From Eledone cirrhosa (Eukaryota), in NCBI GenBank assembly GCA_964016885.1, contig OZ024740.1, forward strand, positions 282,162,001 through 282,226,000: 64,000 nucleotides of DNA, in the 5' to 3' direction. Below the pieces are notes generated by a model, which saw only the letters and a program-made list of their open reading frames with translations, did not search any database and had not been told where the DNA came from. The position numbers and the translations under genes were made by a program. The first letter of the stretch is position 1. The number at the start of each line of letters is the position of its first letter. This document shows positions 54,976 through 64,000 of the stretch, in pieces.

Positions 54976-55767
54976 CTGAAATTATATTGTAATTAATCAC
55001 GGTAATCAGGATTGTCTCATAAAAAATAGTTTTGTAAGAATTCAGAAGCGTTACGTAGATGAATGGTGAATCATAGACTAATGAAAAAATCTCATACCTG
55101 TTGCCAAACGTTTCGCGAAGTGAGGCATATTTAGAAAAAAGCAATATAAAGAGCATAAAGAAAAGAAAAATTATAAATGATCCAATAATTTTCCAGACCG
55201 ATTCGCTTTTAGTGTCTTAAAAAGGAATACGTAAATGAGCGGTTTATAAAGAAAACGAGATGAGCACGAATGATATTCTAATTGATACGTTCATTTCACG
55301 ATAGTACTTGCAGTTTTTTAGATGATATACATGCGTTCTGATGAAGAACCCAACTAGGTGAGAAAATCCATTCGAGGCATGTACTTTTTCAAATTTACAT
55401 TGGAATATGTATATTTGGTATGTTTATATGTCTCTCTACAAAATTGGGGGCATTTATATACACGTTTACACTGTTAAGTTGTTTCTATTTTGTATATATA
55501 CAGATATGACTTTATCATATACAACTGGTAAGCAGACAACTTAAAATATATCTTAATTAACAACATAGCCACAGTGCGCCGAGTGAAAGAGGTAAATGTG
55601 TAAAAGAAGACTCGATAGAATAAAGGAATATATATATGTTGTTATTGTTAGTTGTTACGTAGTAACTTCCTGATGATAAGCAGGTCCTAGCTACCCAAAG
55701 TACTACACGTCAGTAGTTTATCCCAGGAAGATGATATTGAGTGACGGAGCATTTATTTATCAAATAA

Positions 55768-55950
55768 TTGTTTTTACTTTAGGCACAAGGCCAGCAATAA
55801 CCCAGTGCATTACTGGTACTTGATTTTATCGACCCCGTAAGGATGAAAGACAAAGTCAACCTCGGCGGGATTTGAAATCAGATCGTAAAGGGACGTAACT
55901 ATGCTGGAAAGCATGGCGTCCGACCTTCTACCGATACTACCAATCCACCT
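55768..55950 (-). mobile_element. SINE with target-site duplication tatcaaataat
   Basis: tatcaaataat is present on both sides (~55758 and ~55950). Confidence 0.88.
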
Positions 55951-55954
55951 ATCA

Positions 55955-56151
55955 AATAATGGTAGTTAAAACGGGGTTAAATCAGTGATGGACGTGCATG
56001 GCAACTGGCATATCACAATGATTGCATAACCGCACAAGTGATTGCGTAAACATCTGATAAAGTCACATGAATAACCATGTTGCAGAATTCTATATAATGC
56101 AATATAAATATATAATTATGGTGATTTAACCCCGTCTTAACTACCGTTATT
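55955..56151. mobile_element. MITE-like element with ~30-bp TIRs
   Basis: aataatggtagttaaaacggggttaaatca ... tgatttaaccccgtcttaactaccgttatt. Confidence 0.7.
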
Positions 56152-56336
56152 GGTGACTTGGCAGAATCGTTAGAGGGTCTGACGCCATGCTTTGCAGCAT
56201 AGAGTTACGGCCCTTTCCATTCTGAGTTCAAATCCTGCCGAGGTTAACTTTGCCTTTCATCCTTACGGGGTCGATAAAATAAAGTACCAGTAATGTTCTG
56301 GGTAATTGCTGGCCTTGTGCCAAAAGTAGAAACAAT

Positions 56337-56377
<41 letters not shown>

Positions 56378-56545
56378 CATATAATTGTTTCTACTTTTGG
56401 CACAAGGCCAGCAAATACCCAGTACATTACTGGTACTTTATTTTATCGACTCCGTATGGGTGAAAGGCAAAGTTAACCTCGGCGGGATTTGAACTCAGAT
56501 CATATAGATTCGTAACTCTATGCTTCAAAGCATGGTGTCCATACA
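56152..56545. mobile_element. Tail-to-tail SINE pair (56152-56338 +, 56384-56545 -) around (TA)n
   Basis: Both match the SINE consensus, in opposite orientations. Confidence 0.88.
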
Positions 56546-56559
56546 TACATATAATATTA

Positions 56560-58800
56560 AGTTAGAATACATGTATTTTCTTTTTCTTCTTCGTCCACAT
56601 ATTCTTGTTGGAAGGGTCGTTATCCAACTATCTTGTTCTGTTGGTTTTTGCCGGTAAAACCTGTCCAGCGATTCTTTATTGAGATATTCTAACCACATGT
56701 CTGCAGTATCGGAGCTGTGACCTCTCAATTTGAAGAAGTAGCGGTTCTACTTGGAGAGACTTCTTCATCTCTGAGCTACGCACTCTATCAAGTAATTTTA
56801 TTCCAAAGACCTCGGAGGGACCTCATTTCGGTCGCTTGTATTTGCGATCGTATTCTTTCAGCCATTAACCAAGATTCAAGACCATACGTAATGGTTGGCA
56901 TAAGTACCGAATTGAAGATAGTGAGTTTCGCTTTTACATCTACCTCTCTTCTGATGATGATCGAATACTGTAGCTGGTGCATTGCTGCATCAGCTCCTGC
57001 AATCCTTCCACTTAATTCAGCCGCTCACCTTTCACTTGAACGTTTTACCCTTCTTCAATTGAACTTCACTCACACGTAGAGTGCACTGCACACGCGTCCT
57101 TCAGTGGACGAGTGTTTCAGTCTTCGTAGCACTGATTTTCATTCCAGTCTTGAGTCTCGCGGCATCGAACCTATCAAATGTATTTTCGAGATCACGTTCT
57201 GACGAATTAATTAATTTCATGTCGTCTGCAAATTTCAGCCGATTGACCTTACATCCGCCAGTCGTCATACCGCTTCCGGTCTCTCTGTGCATATCAATTC
57301 TGTTCTCGAACATTATGAACAAAGAAGTGACAGTGCGCACCCTTTTTGGAGTACGACTACCACATTGAATGGTTTCGATTTAGCTCCATTTATGACATTC
57401 GTGTAGATACATGAGAACGAGAAGAAGCTGTCCATCGATCGCATACTGTCGCAGAACCTTTCACAGCAGGTTCTGTGGACCGCAGTCGTATGACATTTCG
57501 ATGTTTTCGAAAGAGCATACACCTCTTGGCAGAACACTCACGATTTCTCAAAGAGTTGATGCAGTGTGAATATTTGATTGGTTGTGGGAGTCAGACTCTG
57601 CCAAGGGTGTGTACTGTCACCTCTCCTGTTCCTTATTTATGCGAACAGGATTAACATGCATAGCAGGGTTGGAAGTGGTATCATGACTGGGGAGTATAAA
57701 ATCAGTCGGCTGGACTTTGCAGACGATGTGGTTTTATTTAACTCGGCAGAAGGTGATCTTCGACTTGCACTTGATGGGTTTGATACCTAGTGACCGGGCT
57801 TCTGTTCATGGGTGATAGAAGGCAGGAGGCTGAATTAATTGCAAGAATTACGAAAGCTGGTAAAATTATGCTCCAGCTTCAGCATACAGAAATACGAAGA
57901 AGGGAGGTAGGTGTAAAAACCAAACTGGCTATCTTCAATTCGGTTTTTGAGCCAACCCTTACCTATGGTCATGGATCTTGGGTAATGATCGAAAGAATAC
58001 GATCGCGAATACAAGCAGCAAAAATGGGATCCTCGGAAGGGTCTTTGGAGTAATGTTACACGATAATGTGCGTAACTCATAGATCAACGAGTCTCCAGGT
58101 AGAGCCGCTATTTCTCCGAATTGAGAGATCAAAGAAGAAGAAGAAGAAGAAGAAGAAGAAGAAGAAGAAGAAGAAGAAGAAGAAGAAGAAGAAGGGATTA
58201 TCTGTCCCGATTACCATTGTTTAGTTGTTTTTCCTGAGATCCAGGCTACCAGGCACACGGAATTCAGCCAGAGAATACCTTCTCTTATTTAGACTTTTAA
58301 CATCCCCTCCCCAGCTGCCTTGCCACATTTTAGCACTTTAATTGCTTTTGTGACTTCAGCCTCCGAGAGATTAATCATTGCTCCCTAATGAACCTCGTGT
58401 ACATCAGAACATACTGTAAGGACTTGGTTTAAGAGATCAGCAAAATATAATCTCCCCTTTGCGAGGATGTACCTCTCTGAAAAAAGGAGAATCCCTGACG
58501 CATCCCTCATAAAACATGTGGAGGAGGACGTATTTGTACGAAAGTCGGGAGATGGTCTGCCAGAAGACCTTACTTGCTGATCTGATGTCGAACTCCCGCT
58601 TATATCCAAAGTCCTCCCGTATCTTATCTTTGGACGCCTTTACTGTCTCTGCTTCGACGTTTTGTACCTTCTTCTACCGCAAGTGCAACTAGGAAGACTT
58701 GTTTCCAAGCCAAACCTTTAGGACTTCTTCTTTACCCGGGTGGCATATTTGACTTCTTCATTGACGCAAGGGATCCTCTTGTCATGCGGTGCCACAGTTG
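56560..58800. mobile_element. RTE-like LINE fragments in both orientations; (GAA)n at ~58133-58195
   Basis: QGCVLSPLLF, FADD and KL.IFNSV..PT.TYG..SW...ERIRS.IQA.EM, on minus (56560-57400) and plus (57578-58130). Confidence 0.75.
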
Positions 58801-58825
58801 GAGCAGAAACTGAGCCTCAATGTAC

Positions 58826-59750
58826 AGATATGATATGATATGATATATGATATGATATGATATGATATGATATGATATGATATGATATGATATGATATGA
58901 TATGATATGATATGATATGATATGATATGATATGATATGATATGATATGATATGATATGATATGATATGATATGATATGATATGATATGATATGATATGA
59001 TATGATATGATATATGATATGATATGATATGATATGATATGATATGATATGATATGATATGATATGATATGATATGATATGATATGATATGATATGATAT
59101 ATGATATGATATGATATGATATGATATGATATGATATGATATGATATGATATGATATGATATGATATGATATGATATGATATGATATTATATATCATATC
59201 ATATCATATCATATCATATTATATCATATCATATCATATCATATTATATTATATTATATTATATTATATTATATTATATTAATAGGGCGGTGGATTGGCA
59301 GTATCAGTAGAGGATCGGACGCCATGCTTTGCAGCACAGTTACGTCCCTTTACGGACTGAGTTCAAAACCCGCCGAGGTTAACTTTGCCTTTCATCCTTA
59401 AGGGGTCGATAAAATAAAGTACCAGTAATACACTGGATAATTGCTGGCCTTGTGCCAAAAGTAGAAACAATTATATTATATTACATTACATTACATTACA
59501 TTACATTACATTACATTACATTACATTACATTACATTACATTACATTATATTATATTATATTATATTATATTATATTATATTATATTATATTATATTATA
59601 TTATATTATATTATATTATATTATATTATATTATATTATATTATATTATATTATATTATATTATATTATATTATATTATATTATATTATATTATATTATA
59701 TTATATTATATTATATTATATTATATTATATTATATTATATTATATTATC
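58826..59750. repeat. Compound pentanucleotide satellite (ATATG)n-(ATATC)n-(ATTAT)n-[SINE]-(ATTAC)n-(ATTAT)n
   Basis: Direct observation. Confidence 0.95.
59284..59472 (+). mobile_element. SINE inside (ATTAT)n; second copy at 59750-59935
   Basis: gggcggtggattggcag...gagttcaaa...ggccttgtgccaaaagtagaaacaatta. Confidence 0.9.
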
Positions 59751-60309
59751 GGTGGTTTGGCAGTATCGGTAGAGCGTCAGACACCATGCTTTGCAGCATA
59801 GAGTTATGGCCCTTTGTGTTCTGAGTTCAAATCCGCCGAGGTTAACTCTGCCTTTCATCCTTATTGGGTCGATAAAATAAAGTACCAGTAATGTACTGGG
59901 TAATTGCTGGCCTTGTGCCAAATGTAGAAACAATTATATATATAGCTTTGTTACGGCTTGTATTGATAAAGAAAACCCTTGAAATGTAATCCTACTGAAA
60001 TGTTATAACTATATATGTAACGCTGTACATACAGTACAAAGAAACATATATTTAACATATGTATTGCATTTAGACATCAACGATTGGGTTACAAGTATGT
60101 TGCAGGATCCTACCACTACTAGCAAGTGGTGAAAGTATTTTAATATCACTTCCATATATTATTAACGTTTTCACAATCTCTTATATTGCTAGAGGTAAGA
60201 GAAGTTTCAGTTATGAAATATTATATAAAAGAACACCACTTACTTAGTTTGTTTTAATTTTAAAAGAAGAAATTAATATTTGTAAACATTTAAAATATAT
60301 TTAACTTAC

Positions 60310-60381
60310 TACTCGATGGTCTTGGTGGTCTTGGTGTAGTTGCGATTCTATATGGTGGTGGCTTAGGAGTCGTGGGTATAA
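60310..60381 (-). CDS. 72-nt phase-1 Pro/Thr-rich linker exon: (V)IPTTPKPPPYRIATTPRPPRPSS
   Basis: Acceptor aattcttttctag, donor GTA|gtaagt. Confidence 0.85.
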
Positions 60382-60902
60382 CTAGAAAAGAATTAGAATT
60401 TGAATACGAAAGTGAGCAAGCGATAATTTGTTTAAACATAATATCTATGAAACATTTTGAAATAATTTCGGAACGAAATAATACGTTATATGTTAACGCG
60501 TATTAACAATTAACAGATCTGGATTATATTAAGTTAGCATCTTCTTTTAAAACGCCTCATACTTTATTGTTACTCAAATATGTTTTTATTCACGAAATGA
60601 CACTTCCTACATCGCAATGAATGCTTTATTCCTTATTACACTATGACACCAATTGACTCTGAACACTTGCAGCGGTCTTTGGACAATTCATACATTCCCA
60701 CAATTAAAAATCCATACCACAATAAAAAAAAGGGTGTAATATATGAGATAAACACATTTTTTCCTTTATCTAAAAATATATAACGGTTCCTTAAATAACA
60801 TATTCTTGGAAGAAATACAGAGACATTGACTTTTATTTTCATGTATTTGTCATTATAATTTTGGAAATAATTTTAGAAATGACTTATGAAATAGTTGCTT
60901 AC

Positions 60903-61338
60903 CCTCGCAAGCATCTTTTAAGAACGATTTTCTTATTCTTTCCAGTTCAGCGTAAGATGCTGTTTGTTTAAAGTATTTTTCCTTCGGATAACTTGCGATG
61001 CCACGAATCTCTGGGATTCTTATGTCTATTCCAATCGCTATTGCAAAAACCTTGATATTAGTGTTGTGCACCCTTTGTGCTGCTTCGTTGGTAAGATATG
61101 TTTTCTGAGAATTTCCATCAGTCAGAACAATGACAACATGTGGAACAAAGGGTCGAGATCCATTTTCCGGTTTAAACATTTCCTCAATCAATTTATTTAA
61201 CGCCAGCCATGTATAAGTGCTTCCGGTAAGTTGATCAATTCGATCGACGTTCGAGAGGACAGTTAATTCATTAGTAGATTCTTTCAGGTGGAAATTTATT
61301 TCAACCCTATCACTGAACGATAAAGCTCCCAGCCGTAC
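60903..61338 (-). CDS. VWA-domain exon (C-terminal part of first VWA domain; its N-terminal exon was not found and probably lies beyond the right edge)
   Basis: cgttcag|VRLGALSFS...TGSTYTWLAL...IVLTDGNSQ...KDACE G|gtaagc; 436 nt. Confidence 0.93.
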
Positions 61339-61359
61339 CTGAACGAAGAAAAAAAAATT

Positions 61360-63403
61360 GATTTCTTTATTAGTTACACAGGGCTCACATTAAGGAAGCA
61401 TTACAGATAGCTCAAGACAGAATAGATACAGTGTAGATTTTTGCGTGTAAAAATGTTAACGAAAATAATGAAAGCTGTAAAAATCCAACAAAAACAAAAT
61501 CCTTAATAGGGAGAAATCTCCGAGTGTCGCTCGAGGAGAAAGTCCACAAAAAGCGACGTTCACACTGACCGCTAGGGAAAATGCCCATTCGCAGTTTTCC
61601 TTTAATCTATAGGCACATACTCAGAACAGGCCCATTCACTCTAGCCATGCTCACCACTTTCACCCACATTACAACAAACTGATTGGAAGATAGCACTTTC
61701 CTTTCCACCCCGATTTTCTTCCTCAAGTGAAACCTGAAAAAGTTAATCAGGGCTTCGCCGAAGATGAATGTGCTTGTCTTCAACCCTTTTGTCATGGCCA
61801 CTAGGCTGATAAACACTACTTGTTCTTTCCCCTCTAAAATAGGGAGGTGGGGATGATCTTCATGATAAACTAAGCTGATAGCCAGATCCGTTCTACACAG
61901 AACTGTGGCGTTATTCCTTCATTCGGACTCACCAGCCAGCTTTCGTTTCTTCGTGTCTTACAGCACGTGCCTTAGGTCTGACAATGCAACCTTTGTGTTT
62001 CGTACTGACGAAATGGTATAGTGCCTTTCTTGTAGCTAGCACGATAGCTGCAATGTTACTCTTAATCACCTCTTCTCGTTTAGCTGTTAACTCCCCCTCT
62101 GCTCTATATTTTTGTTATTGCAACTTCTTTACTAAAAGTTATTTATCCTATTCTAATCGCTCTCTTGAGAGTGCACCGCCACCTGTTATTGGCAGTTGCT
62201 CCTGTCAACTGTCGATTAACTTATGTATTAATCAGGTTTCTGTAGACTTTAAGTGCCGGGACCGATGCATTAATCTTTCAGTAACCGCGTACTTGTCCAA
62301 GTGTTCTATCTACGTCGACCATGCAGATCACAAATTTGTGGTCTGAATAGGCAACGCTTTGTTGTTGTGGACATCCTACGCTATCCATATCCATTGACCT
62401 AATGAAAAATCTATCTAAATATGATCTACATGACTTTATGTGATTGGTCCAGGTACACATTGGTGCATTCGAGAAATGTTGCTGTTTTTGCTGTTGTTAT
62501 GGATTTTGGCCTCCTGGTGTTGACAGCAATGAGACTGTGGTTCCCTCTCTTGTGCTGAGTACAGAAAGTTCTCAAGTGGCCACTCTCCACACATATCGCA
62601 ACGAGGCCCTCTGTCTTCAACCATATCAAGCAATTCATCTCCTTTCGGAAGGCGAACGCGGACTGGATTTTGTGCATGGTATCTGGTTTGACATGGAGTA
62701 GCACATTCATACTGATCCCAGACCAGTTTTATGATCGGGCTGGTTTCACACCAAGGAGGGTGTTGCTTCTTGCATTATAGTTGTTGTTATTGCTTTGTAT
62801 TCACATTGTTGTTGTTATTGTTGTTGTTATCGTTCATGTTGCTGTTTGTCATTTGTGTAGTTTTTGTCTGTGCTATTGTTTTTTTTTGTTGTTTGATGCT
62901 GATGGCGTTGGTATAGTTTGTTGTTCCTGCAATGGTTTCGGTTGTGTCAAAGTTTCAATTTTGGGAATATTTTATCTTAGTCTTTGCTTATTTCTCACGC
63001 GCTGTTGTTGTTGGCGATGGTGGCCTTGTTGGTGATGTCCGTAGTGGTGTTAGTGACACTGCAGGTGGTGGTGAAGTTGGTTTTATTCACTTTTGTTTTG
63101 TGGCTGCTATCGAGAAAATGTAGCATGCTTTTTTTCGAGCAGCCTTTCGTTTTCGCTATTCTGCCCTGTAGGAGAGGATATTTGCTTCAGTTTTTAAAAT
63201 AATATTTAGTGCATAATTTGTAAAACTAATTGCCAAATTTAGGTCTAAGGCCCAAATATTAAGGATTCAACTTTTCTGAAAGCAATGTATGATGTCATAT
63301 TTATATCTTAAAATGAAAACTTTAACAAGGAACTTTATGCAAACAAGCAAAAGCCAACAAGATTTACGGAGCAAAAGTATGCGTGACGACTATATGAGAA
63401 ACC
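61360..63403 (-). mobile_element. Tx1/L1-clade LINE copy E, old and internally deleted
   Basis: 3' end ALINFFRFHL..KI.VER.VLS, APE remnant RSYLDRFF..SDHKFV, ORF1 knuckle remnant RCDMCG; 5' end resembles that of copy D. Confidence 0.8.
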
Positions 63404-63927
63404 AATAACAATAATACCAAACATAATGATTTCTTTTATTGGTCAAACAATCATAAAACCTTTGGGACAGTATAAAGTGAAAGACATAGGGAGAAGACGA
63501 ATGGGATAATGGTGTGTGACATTGAGTAAAGTTGGTGGTCCAATCATAGTCTTCATTGATGGGCGTATATATTTGTCACTGAGTTGATGTTGCTGCCCAT
63601 TGTATTAATATAGCTTCCGAAGACGAGGCCGACACCAACTGCTCTTTGAACTGGTAGTAATGGCTCACCTTGCTATATTCTTTAAACATTTAAATTGAGT
63701 CGGGTCTCATGAAAGCCAGATCAAGTACCGACCTTTTGAATGATGTATCATATGAGGCGGAGGCTATCGCATCAATCACTTGGCGAGCAACTTTTCGAAA
63801 ATTTTTAATTCCATGCTGTGCAAATTTACAGGCCTGAAGTTCTAAATTATGTTCTATTAATTTAAATCCATCGACCTGGATTTAAATTAATAAAACAATT
63901 TAAATTAATAAAAGACAATTTAATTGA

Positions 63928-64000
63928 GGGCGGTGGATTAGCAGTATCGGTGGAGGGTCGGACGCCATGCTTTTCAGTATAGAGTTACGGCCCTTTGTCT
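63928..64000 (+). mobile_element. SINE 5' part (runs off window)
   Basis: gggcggtggattagcagtatcggtggagggtcggacgccatgc. Confidence 0.85.

Noticed and set aside
55335-55715. Hammerhead-like CTGATGA motifs at ~55338 and ~55670 (also weak ones at ~4036 and ~19015)
   Set aside because: Stems or GAAA/cleavage elements are too degenerate to support a call.

Overview
AT-rich, microsatellite-rich animal genomic DNA. The tRNA-derived SINE family resembles octopod cephalopod SINEs (recognition, not a search). The whole window lies inside one spliced minus-strand gene for an extracellular multi-VWA protein (collagen VI/XII- or matrilin-like VWA domains with Pro/Thr/Arg-rich linkers). I can trace 11 exons with consistent splice phases: 60903-61338, 60310-60381, 54839-54975, 54026-54458, 52179-52220, 50441-50589, 13641-14076, 12426-12461, 2519-2560, 1243-1284 and <1-24. 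The most striking structure is at the left end. A ~1.27-kb tandem repeat carries one 42-nt phase-1 micro-exon per unit; the introns are nearly identical while the exons are highly divergent, almost entirely by amino-acid-changing substitutions. One intron (14077-50440, 36.4 kb, non-canonical GC donor) holds a nest of retroelements anchored on (TAA)n. Tx1/L1-type LINEs are all on the minus strand, R4/Dong-type RLE LINEs are all on the plus strand, and the SINE 3' tail matches the Tx1 3' end. Also present: a Naiad-like Penelope element with pseudo-LTRs, several minimal hammerhead ribozymes, two non-autonomous Helitrons, MITE-like TIR elements and RTE-like fragments. Transposon boundaries are approximate; exon boundaries were read base by base.
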